Shown here piece by piece: positions 40,386-59,465 of a DNA stretch of 64,000 bases. The stretch is from Amoebidium appalachense (Eukaryota > Protista > Ichthyosporea), in NCBI GenBank assembly GCA_963693365.1, contig CAVNZM010000005.1:4471167-4535166 (forward strand), given 5' to 3'. The stretch's first letter is position 1. Each line of letters begins with the position of its first letter. A model generated the notes under the pieces. It saw only the letters and a list, made by a program, of their open reading frames with translations, was not told where the DNA came from and did not search any database. A program made the translations under genes and the position numbers.

Positions 40386-42318
40386 CTAAGAGGCAAATAC
40401 GCCAGCGCCAAAGCTAAAAAGGCTGCCGGCTGCAGCCGCAGGTTGGGGCTTCCCATTTGCATTCTCTGCCGCCCACACTGCCACGTCACTCTCCTCCTCC
40501 CCCTCCCTCGTGTACTTCGGCTCAGCCCTCTTCATATCCATCATACTTCCAGCCATGCTATGGGCACGGTGAGCCGGTGAGGGCGAGTTGGCAAGCATTG
40601 CCTGCGAGTACTTCGTGCTAGCAGCCACATCACCACCCACCCACGGCCACCCCTGCCCCGCGCCGTTACCCGGGCCCATACGTGAACGCTGCGGCGGTAT
40701 CGTGTCACGGGGGCTGGAAAGCAGGGGGCTGGCAATGCTGCTGCTCCCTGCCGATGCACTACTGCTTGCCAGAAGACGCTGCTGGGCACCAATAGCCGGA
40801 ATACGCCGAGATGTCATCGGCGAAGCATACGGCGACTGGTGGGAGGGAACGATTTTGCGTACGGGCTGGGGGCTTCCGCGGCGGTTTTGGATGGGGGATG
40901 CGGGGGCAAATGCGGCCATAGCCAAACCCTCCATGTCGTTGACTAGCTGGTCCACTAGGCGCTGCGACTCACGGTGCATCTCCGCCTCAATGCGGCCCGG
41001 CCCCTCTGTCTTGCCGGTTGGCTGTGAAAAGAAGGTGTTTTGTCAGTAACATGTTTTGATCATCTGAGACGGAATACTGAGAGGAAGAAGCAGAGCATTG
41101 GAGGGGTGGGTGTGTGGGCGGTGCACGGGTAGGTGGACTGAAGATATGGGTAACGATATGGCAATGCTTAGCCGGAAAGCTACATAGATGAAGATTAAAT
41201 ATGGTAGGGGGGTAATTTCAGTGCCTTACAAACAACAATAGCAAAGCAGTGGAAATAGAAATATAGCCAAACAACAATAGCAAAGCAGTGGAAATAGAAA
41301 TATAGCCGTGTCCTGAGCATGTGGTAGTTATATGGTGGAAAGCAAGGCAGTATTTACAATGGAAATCCGTTGCTCACCTTGCGCATGGCATCCATAAGGG
41401 CCCATGCCTCGGCACCCATGCCCTTGCTGGGCATGTCCGTGCCGTGGAGGGATGTAAGGGAAGGAGAGTCCATATTGCGGTAGTTGTGGTAGCTGCCTGT
41501 GCTGCCCATGCGGGTGAGGCTGTGGGAGTGCATCTGCCTCTGCCTGTTGCCCGACTGGAAGTGGTCGAACCGGGGAAGGTTGTCGGCACTCTGTATATGG
41601 TCATCGTTATTACTTGTATGCACACAGAAACAACAACCAACATTGTTGTGAATTACTAGTGACCAACGCACTATACTAATGCACCAAGGGGATCCATACA
41701 AAGTTATGACCCAGCTGAGCCTTATAAGCGACTTTGAAAGCGTCCTCCACCCGCCATACAATAATCAACACAAACTGCACAGCTACGGTATTCGTAAAAC
41801 AAACGCGGCTCTCTTAGATATTGTTAAAGGATATGAACACCCACCCGAGCATACTGGCGCCTGGAGGGCAGGGCATCGAGCGAGGCTGGGGGAACCAGCC
41901 ATGCCGGGTTGCAGTAGATTGTCTTTTTGAACTTGTCCACCGCCACCATCAACCGTGTACGGGCACCCTGTGCCATCACACCCGCCCCAGCCAGGTCCCC
42001 GTCGTGCATGTGCAGCAATGTGGGTAGGTCTACACCAGCGCGGACGAGGCCGGCAGTGTACTTGTGCAGGCGCAACACGTGCATGAACGACGTGATATCG
42101 GTGACCTCACTGAAGTCTAGTTTGCATGCACGATTGCGCCGCCTGTGACGGGGCTGCTGCATGGCAAGCCCTAGTGGGGAAAGCGGAGGTGGGGATGCGT
42201 CGTCACAGCCGGCAAAGGGAAAGTAATGCGGCGAGAATGCATTGTCTGTATTTGCTGCGCGACTAGAATAGGGTGCTTGGAACGTGGCTGCCTGAGGGTT
42301 GAGGTCCGTGTATACCAT
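40386..42318 (-). CDS. Smaug/Vts1-type SAM-domain RNA-binding protein (~440 aa). Exons 42318-41845, 41590-41378, 41021-40386
   Basis: DITSFMHVLRLHKYTAGL...LLHMHDGDLAGAGVMAQGARTRL matches the Smaug/Vts1 SAM signature (LRLHKY, GAR). Phase-0 introns. Confidence 0.8.
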
Positions 42319-42659
42319 CTTTCCGTGTGTGTGGGGTACGTTGGTGCAAGGTATAAATCATCAATAGAACTGGTAGCTACACTGCGCGATTTATAACCTA
42401 ATATTCATGTTTATCAGCCCGGGCTCCCCAACCTTTGCTCGGGAAAAATGGGTGAGCGTGCAACGGACAGCCACACGTTAGTGTACACACTTTACAAGCC
42501 TTTGTGGTGGCGGTATTGGGGCAACCCAAAGGCTTTTGTACTGCTTATAATGAAGGCATGCGCAACCGTTGGTAACGCATACCAATGATATTCAGTATCT
42601 TTTACGTTTTAAAATTGTTAAATGGCTCAAATGCGCCCGCTACTAAATATAAATACGTG

Positions 42660-42865
42660 TTCTGATTGGTGGTTATAACTGTTTGAATGGTCTCAATAGC
42701 CGAAGATGCTTTTCATTCGCGGGTGAGCCATTGAAGGTAGCCAATCGCAACCGCCATTCTTTTGCAGACGTTAGTGATTGGTCTATCTTGCTTTAGGGAT
42801 TTACGAATCCAATCACGTAGCTTACTTTGCCTGCCTTATTCGGACAGGTCTGTTCTGATTGGATT
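42660..42865. promoter_or_regulatory. Cluster of about five CCAAT boxes upstream of the SAM gene
   Basis: GATTGG/CCAATC at ~42664, 42741, 42776, 42809 and 42857. Similar clusters lie at ~32930-33020 and ~20550-20590. Confidence 0.5.
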
Positions 42866-44027
42866 CCTTGAGCAGGGCAAGAGCTGTCACAGTTGACAGC
42901 TTTCAAAGCCCGGGCCGGGCAGCTCGCCACCGGCCGGCGCCGGCGCGCCAGCAAGCTTTCGACCCATCAATTCAATCATAATAAACTGGACGCGTTGAAA
43001 GAAGCACGCGTGTACATTATATTATTATGGACTTGGGAGACGTCCCTTGCCGACAGCCAGTGTGCTGGTCAACAATATGGTATACACACGACATACATAC
43101 AACATGCATGCACATGCATATGTGGATGTATGCGCATGCTCGCACCGGTCCGAGGCCGGCCATGATCACTGAACGGGTTCGAATATTCAAATGGGCAATG
43201 CTACACAACGATGTATCTCGGCTGATGTAGCTGGCAGCTGGCAGCTGCAGCAGAAAACCATTTTTATCTAGGCTTGGGTCAGGACTTCTACAGTTAAGAG
43301 TACTAGTAAGTTAGAAAAATATGTTCAAACTTGACCGAGGTACCTTCCATGTGCACACGGAGTGTACACTGTTGCATACCGGCGGGAGCGAGGCTGCGAG
43401 ATCCGGCCGGGAGTGCACACGATCGTTCGATCAGCTGAGATACGGTCTCATAGTATGGTCATTCTACGGGGTCGCCGTTGTTTACATACGATGTACTGTG
43501 CTCGAGCAGCAACGTGTACATACAGCACGCATTATGTATTAACCTCTGCCACATGCGTGGACACAAACATTCAGTATGTATACAGGTGCATTTCATTCAG
43601 TACGCGTGGGCTCAACTTCGTGGCGTCGGAGCAAGTTGGACACTACTGAATACAGTTTGTCATTGGGTGCAGTGGGATTCAACGGGTCGGGTTGTTTTTG
43701 CAAGTCGGCACTACGATCACTCAAACGTCGTCAGTGGCTGATATTTCGAAGTGTCTCGAGCTCCATCATTTCCGGCAGGGGGGGGGGGGGAGGCTTTCAA
43801 TGGTGCGCCGGCCATGCCGCTCTGCCAGGTAATGACCACAACTTCAAGTGTATTGCGACTAATATATTGTGTTAAAACCGAAACCTGGAAGTAGACTATA
43901 GCTACCTTATTGTGTTTTTTAATTTTGTTAAGAAGGAACTGCATATATAATTGTAGGTGCTAACTTACTGTGACAGAATTTACCACTATGCACACGGTAT
44001 CTAAATAATAAACACAAAAATAATAAG

Positions 44028-44066
<39 letters not shown>

Positions 44067-44427
44067 AGAAAAAAAAACAAAACAAAAAAAAACAACCCCA
44101 GACCAGAGAAGCCTTGTGTTGGCTAACTGCCATGAGTTTGTGTTTGTGCAAGTGTGCTGGCTCTGGTAAAAAACATACGTGGGTGGCTATGTAGATCTCG
44201 ATAGCTTGTTATGGGGGAGGGGGTTAGCCTTTCAGCGAAAGGAAAAGGGCGGAGGGAGGAAGGCCCCCTAGATGATTAGGATATCTCCAGCTATTTGGTT
44301 TAGCACTTCAAAGAAAGAAAAGCAAAATGAACTACGAATATTTCGAAATGCCTCCTTCTCCCACTCCCCCCCCCCCCCTCCTTTCTATCCATATACCCAT
44401 CTAATAATCACCACCTAGGGCCGGTCA

Positions 44428-49966
<5,539 letters not shown>

Positions 49967-51466
49967 GACACCAACACTGCTTGATTGCTTCGCAAAATTG
50001 ATGAAGATTTATTTTATTTCGTGGGTATTTGAATCGAGTGTGAAATGTAAACCCCTGTGGTGGGCCTGTGAAATGCACCAAACAAATAACTGACTAACGT
50101 TACGAAGCCACAGTTGGACCTACATACAATAAGATCTCGCCCGGTGCGTCTACAATAAAGAAAACCGATGAGTAACCACCAATCGATCTATTAGAAAACA
50201 GAGCGTGCTTGAGTTCCTACTTGGACTAAGTTCATCACATAGCCGTGTCCATGCTTCACATATAAATTTGGTGCATGCAGTACTATGTGTATGGTGTCGG
50301 ACGTCGTAGATTGAACTCTAGATCCAAGGGGTTGCGATCGCGCTATGGACATGATAGTTACAGTTTTGGATAGCATTCGTCACGGGCATCACGGGGATAT
50401 AAGTTTTTTGGCGATATCTATATTATGAGGGGTATCCATACTGGCTCCCCTGACTTTTAATGTTTAAATTTGGTGTAGGGTGACTTGAATCTTCGGCGCC
50501 AGGACGGGGTTAGTTTGCCGAACAATCTCCAAGTCTCCTTACGAGTTACGAGAATAAGAGTACGGGGGGAAATGTGCTGTTTATTAACAACATGTAGGTG
50601 ATAAGAGTAAGGCGAAAAACGAACAACATGTATTACAAGCGTGTTAATTCTGTCCTTGTGGCCCATAAAATGGGCTAAGCTTACCTTAGTCGACCATCCG
50701 GTATCCGTCGAATTTCTAGCTGTCGAGATCCACATGCAGCCTTTCAAGTTGGGACACAAGTGTCTTTAGTTCTTTTTATTAGCTCTGAATTGCGTGAGTC
50801 AAGTTCGGGTACAACATCAAGTTCACGTTGTCTCCCCCCCCTCCCCCGGCGCCCCTGCCGCGCCTTCTTAGGACTCCTCCCTCCCACCACCCCCTCTACA
50901 CACACACACGAACAGGGAGCGCGAGGGTGCACACGTGTGTATGTGTTTGGGGGAGGGGGTGGGGAAGGGGTGAGGAGGGGGGGGAAGGGAGAGGGGCGGA
51001 GGGGGGGGGGGGGGGGGGGAGGATGCTATGTAGACGAAGTTTGAACGTGCGCACGTGGCACTGCCTGTGTGATCTTGTGTCACCGGGGGGAGGGGAGGGG
51101 AGGGGGGAGGGGGGGGGGGGGGGGGGGGGGGGGTTGGAGTGACGTCGTCGTGTTGTGAATGGTCACGCGCATGTTGGCTTGTATGTGTTGTGTGTGTCTA
51201 CAAAAGTCTTCAATTGTATGCAATAATATTCGATTCATGTCGGTGTTTGTGTGCATCTGGTGCATGCTGAGTGCATGGATGTGGGAACGTGTTCCCGTGC
51301 CTGAGAAAACCCCCACTATTACTGATCTAGGACACACCATATTCAATTGGAAGTTCTTGCTCCTACCGACATTCTAAAATACAGCATTGTGTTCTATATA
51401 CGATCCCCAGGGTGTGTGTATTTGTACTGGAATGTGCGGTGTGTGTGTCTGCACGTGTGCACGTTT

Positions 51467-51531
51467 ATGTGTGTGTGTGTGTGTGTGTGCGTGTGCGCGC
51501 GCACGCGCGCACGCACGCACGCACGCACGTG

Positions 51532-51604
<73 letters not shown>

Positions 51605-51620
51605 TGAGCGCGCGTGCACC

Positions 51621-51656
<36 letters not shown>

Positions 51657-51666
51657 CGCGTGCACC

Positions 51667-51722
<56 letters not shown>

Positions 51723-51724
51723 TG

Positions 51725-51805
<81 letters not shown>
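51467..51805. repeat. Long compound (TG)n microsatellite
   Basis: Directly visible. Confidence 0.95.
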
Positions 51806-51806
<1 letters not shown>

Positions 51807-52479
51807 CCGTGCTACACAATACCCCAACAGGGCAGTTGTCTATGCACGGATACGTTCGGGTCTGATATAAATCATTTCCCCCTCATTCCATCCGAACCCA
51901 ATCAATTTCAAGGTGGTTTGGTGAATTTATTGACAAAGGTTGTTCTCTGTGGGCTCCCCGGGTGTACAGGTGTATGTACGTGCGCGTGCATGCGTGCATG
52001 TGTGTGTGTGTGTGTGTGTGTGCATGCATGTGTGCGTGCATGTGCGCACGCGTGTTTGTGTTGTGTGTGTGTCTGTGGGCCTTCTGTACACATTTATTTT
52101 AACTGGGCAGATAAATGCACATATATACGTTATATACTCCCTTAAGCCAAGACATTTCAACACCCCAGGTGTCATATTATCGTTAAGTCGTTACAAGCAT
52201 GCCCATAGAGTGTCACATATCGATACCAATGGGGTACCCCCTAAACATCGGCATACGTGCTGTAATCAAGGAAAATACGCTATGCTAAGGCAGCAACAGT
52301 GACACACACACACGAGCCAGTAGGCTGATAAAAATAGGAGCCTCATGCCTGTGTGTGTGTGTGTTTTTTTTGGGGGGGGGGAGGAAGGGGGGGGGGGGGG
52401 GGGGGGGGGGGTTACGCGTGTGCAATGTGAATGCCAAAAGCAGCCCCGAGAAGGGAGGGGGAGGGGGGAGCATGCAGAA

Positions 52480-53121
52480 AAGCAAAGAAGCAAAGAAGCA
52501 AAGAAGGAGAAAAGTAACGAAGGCCAACATAATAGAAAGTGAGAGCAACCCCGGCCCAGAGACAAACCGAAAGGTACACTGGCAGATGCGAGGGAGAGCA
52601 GAGCCCGAGGGGGGGGGGGGGGGGGGGAAGACTAAAAGCAAAGAAGCAAAGCCAAATTTAACGGAAGAGGGGGTGGCAAGGCAACAACGGTCACATTGCA
52701 AATGCAGCACAGAACAAAGAAGCAACAAAGCAACAAAGCAAAGAAGCAAAGAAGCAAAGAAGCAAAGAAGCAAGGAAGCAAGGAAGCATAGAAGCATAGA
52801 ATCATAGAAGCAAAGAAGCAAACAAGCATAGGCATAGAAGCAAAGAAGCATAGAGGCATAGAAGCAAAGAAGCAAAGAAGCATAGAAGCATAGAAGCATA
52901 GGCATAGAAGCATAGAAGCAAAGAAGCAGAGAAGCATAGAAGCAAAGAAGCAAACAAGCAAACAAGCAAACAAGCATAGGCATAGAAGCAGAGAAGGATA
53001 GAAGCATAGAAGCAAAGAGGCAAACGAGCATAGGCATAGAAGCAAAGAAGCAAACAAGCATAGGCATAGAAGCAGAGAAGCATAGAAGCAAACAAGCATA
53101 GGCACAGAAGCAAAGAAGCAA
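52480..53121. repeat. Degenerate AGAAGCAA/AGAAGCAT minisatellite; also at 53918-54160
   Basis: Dozens of 7-8-nt units are visible, and they generate spurious LLCFFAS-repeat ORFs. Confidence 0.9.
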
Positions 53122-53212
53122 AGGGGCAAAGAACATGGCCAGATAAAATGTGGATGTTCTTCGACTAGGAGATCCACCCGGGGAGAAGGGGAAGGGGGGG
53201 GGGGGGGGGGGG

Positions 53213-53430
53213 TTTGAATGCGTCAAAAAGTACGAAGTACACAAGAACAAACGGATAACACGATGCAGGGGGGGGGGGGGGGGGGGGGGGGGGACCGGAG
53301 TAGATGATGGGACGAGGAGCAGGGAGAGCTACGTTTGGGAGGGGGCCAAGAGGAAAAGGAAAATAAGAAGGGCGATGGTGGAGCGGGAGGGGGGGGGGGG
53401 GGGGGGGGGGGGCTCCCGTGTGTATGTGGG

Positions 53431-53464
<34 letters not shown>

Positions 53465-54303
53465 CTCCCGTGTGTAATGGGGGGGGGGGGGGGGGGGGGG
53501 AGGTCAGCAGCAAGGGAAGGTGGGCACGGGGGGGGGGGGGGGGGGGGGGGTTTGAATGCGTCAAAAAGGACGAAGTACACAAGAACAAACGGATAACACG
53601 ATGCAGAATGCAAGCCATACATAAAGAGTATGCATATTAAGCAGAGCCCATCCTGGGGGGGGGGGGGGGGGGTTTGAATGCGTCAAAAAGTACGAAGTAC
53701 ACAAGAACAAACGGATAACACGATGCAGAATGCAAGCCATACATAAAGAGTATGCATAATAAGCAGAGCCCATCCTCAGGGGGGGCCCACGTCATCCACA
53801 GTACCCGAGTTTCGACCTATTCCCCTCGTTAACGAAACCCAACTCAGATACTGTTTCACTTGAACATGAGTAGGTCACCCGGGGGGGGGGGGGGAAGGGG
53901 GGGTGTTAACAGTACAGAAGAAAAGAGGCAAAGAAGCAAAGAAGGAAAGAAGGAAAGAAGCATAGAAGCATAGAAGCAAAGAAGCAAAGAAGGAAAGAAG
54001 GAAAGAAGAAAAGAGGCAAAGAAGCAAAGAAGGAAAGAAGGAAAGAAGCATAGAAGCAAAGAAGCAAAGAAGGAAAGAAGGAAAGAAGCATAGAAGCAAA
54101 GAAGCAAAGAAGGAAAGAAGGAAAGAAGCAAAGAGGCAAAGAAGCAAAGAAGGAAAGAATAAGACAAGGTAGGTGACATGTGAAAGCCCTTGAATAATGA
54201 TGGTTTGGAAGGGGGGAGGGGGGGTGAGAGATGGAACAGGAGTGCATGATTGATGTGGAAGGGAAGGCAGGCTATTTAGAAAAGGGGGGCGGTGGGGATA
54301 TGT

Positions 54304-54336
<33 letters not shown>

Positions 54337-54825
54337 TGAATGCGTTAAAAAGTACGAAGTACACAAGAACAAACGGATAACACGATGCAGAATGCAAGCC
54401 ATACATAAAGAGTATGCATAATAAGCAGAGCCCATCCTCAGGGGGGGCCCACGTCATCCACAGTACCCGAGTTTCGACCTATTCCCCTCGTTAACGAAAC
54501 CCAACTCAGATACTGTTTCACTTGAACATGAGTAGGTCACCCGTCTTGATCAGAGACGAGCAGGGTTGCTTATGCAGGGGTTTGAATGCGTCAAAAAGTA
54601 CGAAGTACACAAGAACAAACGGATAACACGATGCAGAATGCAAGCCATACATAAAGAGTATGCATAATAAGCAGAGCCCATCCTCAGGGGGGGCCCACGT
54701 CATCCACAGTACCCGAGTTTCGACCTATTCCCCTCGTTAACGAAACCCAACTCAGATACTGTTTCACTTGAACATGAGTAGGTCACCCGTCTTGATCAGA
54801 GACGAGCAGGGTTGCTTATGCAGGC
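53213..54825 (-). mobile_element. Nested and tandem PLE terminal repeats, family A: 53213-53267, 53551-53654, 53673-53881, 54335-54578, 54581-54825 (last two in tandem, 246-bp period)
   Basis: All copies share the same 3' end (minus strand ...GCATTCAAA-(C)n) and have variable 5' truncations. They are homologous to the repeat downstream of the PLE RT. Confidence 0.85.
54665..54823 (-). ncRNA. Conserved structured RNA, candidate rearranged hammerhead-like ribozyme (also 54419-54577; divergent copy ~56218-56380)
   Basis: GAGUU, CGAAAC and CUGAGGA are invariant between the A and B copies, and several helices show compensatory changes. Confidence 0.6.
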
Positions 54826-55381
54826 AAGGGCAGTGGGAAAGGCCGGGGGTTAAAGTTGCAGCAGTAAGCAGAAGCAAGAAAAATATAGATAGGAACTCAG
54901 GAGACGGGGCTTCTAGGAAGCTCCCCCGTCGATACCTAAGTCGATACTTCCCTGGCTAACATACTACACCAGCTGAAAAGAATTAAGTCCCGAAGGCCGC
55001 AGAATTCGCAATCAGAGGGGAAAATATGAGATTTGACCCACGCCGCAGGGTAGTAACACGCTTACTAGGGCGGAACTTTATCGTCTTCGAACGGAAAGCT
55101 ATGCCCCCGGATGTCAGCCGGAAATATGGTATCGCCCATTGCTTTGGGCTTGAAAAAAGCCAAACCGATAGTCCGAGTTATGTTACGCCGGCGGGTAACA
55201 TGCCGCATGGGTTCCAAGGGAGCTGTCGCCAACAGAGCGGTGTGTGCATGCGTGCGCGTAACGCAATGTGTGAAGTGTGTCTATAGCTATGAAAGGGGGG
55301 TATGCAGAGTGGACAGATGAAGTGTGTGGAGAGAAAAACAGTAAGAAGAAAAGTAGACACCGGTATGTGCAACCCCGCACA

Positions 55382-55420
<39 letters not shown>

Positions 55421-55502
55421 AATAAGCGAAGATTACAGGTAATCAACCAGAACAACAAATGACAAGCAAAACAACAGGCGTCAAAAAAAAAAAAAAAAAA
55501 AA

Positions 55503-55679
<177 letters not shown>

Positions 55680-55870
55680 AAGGTGGGGGGGAGGGGAGGG
55701 GGTAGGGGGGTCTTAGGGATGCTGCAGAATCGTCAGATATCAGACAAATCGTACCAATACGATCATTCTCTCATATATGTGAGAAGATTGTGACTAACGA
55801 TGTGCAGAGCTGGTTAAGACCTGTTGAGTGTGCAGAGAAAATGGGAGGGGAAGGAGGGAGGGGAAGGGGG

Positions 55871-55902
<32 letters not shown>

Positions 55903-56105
55903 TGAAGTAAGAGAGGGGAGGGAATGTTAGAGTGTCAGTAGTCTCAGGGGACCCTGCAGAGTCGTTAGATGTCAGACAAAAACGCACCAACGACCAAGTT
56001 CTCCGAGGGGAGAAATGCGTAAAACGTTCTGCAGAGTGGGTTAGAGACCTGCTGATGAGAAGAGTGTATACAGGGTTTGGCCAGGGGGGGGGGGGGGGGG
56101 GGGGG

Positions 56106-56609
56106 TTTGAATGCGGAACACGGTACAAAGTACGCATACACGACGAGAAGCATGGTGCAGGACACATGCAAAGGCAAACATTCAAGTATGCAACATCAGC
56201 CATGTGCACAGTATGCGTCATAAGCAGAGCCCATCCTCAGGGAGGACCCAAGTCATCAATTGCGTCTGAGTTTCGACCCCTTAGCCCGCGTATATACGAC
56301 ACTCCAACTCAGACAGCAGCATCAACTGAGCTTGGGCGGGTCAACCCGTCTTGATCAAAGACGAGCAGGGTTGCTTATGCAAGCAAGGTGAGCAAAACGG
56401 TGAAGATGTGTGTGCAAACTAATGCAGTGCAGCGAAAAATGTGTATATGCTTACAGATGCACGACACAGAGCAACCATGCCCGGTTGCATGGAAGTAAAG
56501 CGGTCTCCACACAGTGGTCTGTCCTGAAAGGACACCTCTGAAAGATGGGGGGGGGGGGGGGGAAGGGGGGGAAAGAAGGTAGGAGGGGAAGGGGGGGGGG
56601 GGAGAAGAA

Positions 56610-56641
<32 letters not shown>

Positions 56642-56671
56642 GGGGGGGGGGGGGGGGGGAGAGAGAGAGAG

Positions 56672-56702
<31 letters not shown>

Positions 56703-57987
56703 CTGTGGTGGACAGATCAGAGACGAGACCTCCATTTCAAAACTTACCAGGCAACCCAAAAACCTAGCCGGCTGAGAAAGAAGAACGGCGGGGGAATTGT
56801 TTGGGAAAAGGAGCGGGGGGAGAGAGGGGGGGGGGAGGGGAAGGGGGGAGAGAGGGGGGAGAGAGGGGGAGAGGGAGAGAGAGAGAGAGGGAGGGAGAGA
56901 ACGAGAGAGAACGAAAGAGATAGCGAGAGGGAGACAGAGAGAGAGAGAGGGAGGGAGAGAGAGGGAGAGGGAGAGAGAGAGGGGAGAGAGAGGAGGGAGG
57001 GGGGGGGGGGGGGGGGGAGGGGTGTAGGGGCTGGTAGGGGGGGGGGGGGGGGGGGGGGGGGGAACCGGGATAGAGTGGGGGACTAGGGAGTGTTGATCTT
57101 TTTAGTAATGATGGAGAGTATGTGAGAGGAGTGAACGCCACGGTATATGTGCGGGTGTGTGGCGAGAAAGCTGTGCATTTTGTGGTGCAACAGTCTAAAC
57201 GAGTAGCCTTTGTTAAGCAATGTTTTAGCAAGTCGTGCAGTGCATGTGGTGAATGCAGCAAGTGTGGAGCATTTGCGCTGGTAGCTATGCATTTGACTTG
57301 TCATGATGCCGTATTTTGCAGTGCGGGAGATGAATGAGTCGTGATGTGGGAAACGAACGATGTCTAGTGTATTGAACGTGGGTGTGTCGAGCTTGTTGTA
57401 GATGGTTGTGTGAATGCCGTGATTAGTGCAGGTGATATGCAAGTCGAGGTAGGGGACAGAGGGGGAGGAACCGGCAGGGTTGAGTTGAAGGCTGGTCTTG
57501 GGATATAGACCGAAATCACAATCTTCTAAATAGAGGTGGGAGAGAATGCGAGGATTATGAAGGGAGATCAAATCATCTATGTAGCGGCGAGTAAACTGAA
57601 AATCTACCAAGACATCAATGCGTTCGTGTGCAATAAGCTTGCGAACAAAATCCAACTCATAAGTAAAGAGATAGAAATTAGCCAAGAAAACAGCACAGTT
57701 TGTACCCATGGGGATACCAATGTCCTGTTTGTAGAGGGTATCGCCAAACACAACATATATGTTATCTACGAGGAAACATAGAAAATCCACAAGCTGTGCT
57801 TTAGAGAGATGCAGAGAGTGTTCTTTAGGCTCAAAGGAATCATCCTGGGAATCATCATCTACACGATCCACCCAGGACAACGTGGAGCCGGTTTTCTTAA
57901 TAAACATGTGTGGTTTGCGAGCGTCCGTGCATTTTTTGACAAATATTGCGTCAATCAGTGTAGTGAGGCGAGCTTTCAAATCATGCA
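56106..57987 (-). mobile_element. 5'-truncated Penelope-like element, family B: RT fragment, 3' region and terminal repeat 56106-56385
   Basis: RT ORF followed ~700 bp later by a divergent homolog of the family A repeat, ending TTCAAA-(C)n. Confidence 0.85.
57083..57987 (-). pseudogene. PLE reverse transcriptase fragment (C-terminal RT plus thumb), Naiad/Chlamys-like
   Basis: LHDLKARL, YKQDIGIPMGTNCAVFLANFYLFTYE, TRRYIDDL, PYLDL, IYNK, RFPHHDSFIS and LLNKGY. No GIY-YIG follows the thumb. Truncated just after motif A. Confidence 0.9.
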
Positions 57988-58099
57988 GGGGGGTTTGAAG
58001 GGGCAGTTAGGGCCTGTGTGGTCCAGCGGGGTCAGGTGCCGTGTGTTTCCGTTGGGGGGGGGGGGGGGGGGGGGCAAGGGAAGCCAAGATTTAACGAAC

Positions 58100-59432
58100 C
58101 AAAGAAGCAAACAAGCAAACAAGCAAAGAAGCACCCCCCTCCGCAAGGTGGGGAGCGGGGACAGGAGCAAGGGGAGGCAGGCACGGAAGTGGGAAGGGGT
58201 CTGGTGAGGGGGGGGGGGTTATGAATACGGAAGCAAAGAAGCAAAGAAGCAAAGAAGCAAAGAAGCACAGAAGCACAGGAGCACACAAGCACAGAAGTTA
58301 AGAACCTAAGAAGCAAACAGACGAAAATGGCAAGGCAGGTGATATATGTGAAAACCCTTCGACAATGGGACCCACCCGGCGAGGGGGGGGGAGGGGCTGC
58401 GGGGGGATGGGGGGGGGGGGATGAAACAAATGGATGTGTGAGAGGAGCAAGGGGTGGGTGAAGGGGTGGGGGGGTAGAAGGGGGAGAGGGGAGGATAGGA
58501 AATAAGGGGGGGGGGGGGGGGGGGAGGGGGGGGGAGGGGGAGGGAGAGGGAAATCTTAGAGTGTGGAGCGTGGTACACTACAACTACGTGATAGGAATCA
58601 CGTGTAGGACACACACAACGGCGAATGAAACAGGAGGGGGGGGGGGGGGGGGATGAGAGCTAAGAAGCTAAGAAGCTAAGAAGCAAAGAGGCAAAGAAGC
58701 AAAGAAGCAAAGAAGCCAAGAAGCCAAGAAGAAACACAGGAACAAGAAAGATGCTAAGGACATGGCAAGATAGGCAAGCAACATGTTGCGATCGCAAGCC
58801 CTTCGACAGTAAGACCCACCGACCGGGGAGAGGGGATGGGGAGGGGAGGGGGGGGGGGGGGGGGAGAGAGGGGAGGAGGGCGGAGGAGGGGGGTGATGAT
58901 ACAGGGGCGGACAATAAGGGATGGGGAGGGAGGGGAACTTGAGGGGGGGGTGGGAGGTAGGGGGAAAGGGGGGGGGGGTTGGGGGGGGGGTTAAGGGGTG
59001 TTTGCTTCCGACGGGGGGAGGGGGGTATGGGAGGGGGAGGGGAGGGGAGGGGAGAGGGGGGAGGGGGGAAAGCGGGGGAAGGGGGGAAGGGGGGGGGGGA
59101 GGCAATGAAGCAAAGCGGCACAGAAGCAAAGAAGCACAGAAGCAAAGAAGCAAAGAAGCAAAGAAGCAACTAACAACACAGGAACAAGATGCTAAGGATA
59201 TGGCACGATAGACAAGCAACATGTTGCAAAAGCCCTTCGACAGTAAGACACACCGACCGGGGGGAGGGGGGGGGGGGGGGGAGGGCGGAGGGGGTGGGGG
59301 GGGGGGGTGGGGGGGAGGAGGGGGGGGTGATGATACCGGAGGGGAGAGTAAGTGATAGGGAACTGGGGAGGGGAAGGGGGGAGGGAGGGATGTTTGCTTC
59401 CAGGGGCGTGGGGGGGGGGGGGGAGAGGGGAA

Positions 59433-59465
<33 letters not shown>

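Noticed and set aside
41229-41307. 39-bp direct duplication; similar short duplications at ~7102, ~18760, ~27465, ~33200 and ~34385
   Set aside because: Isolated local slippage duplications with no enclosed element.
52285-53250. Long ORFs with LLCFFAS repeats (also 58668-60297)
   Set aside because: They are translations of the AGAAGCAA satellite and C-tracts, open in several frames.
54660-54705. AUGAC in the PLE repeat as a SECIS core (some Naiad PLEs encode selenoproteins)
   Set aside because: No apical AA loop or partner GA at SECIS spacing, and no in-frame UGA in the visible RT fragment.
54335-54825. Tandem repeats as a possible CRISPR array or LTR pair
   Set aside because: The 246-bp units have no spacers, TG...CA ends, PBS or gag-pol. 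They fit PLE terminal repeats.
56300-56345. CCCAAGC resembling a twister ribozyme; HDV-like and group I motifs also considered
   Set aside because: Not conserved in family A, and the remaining core motifs are absent.
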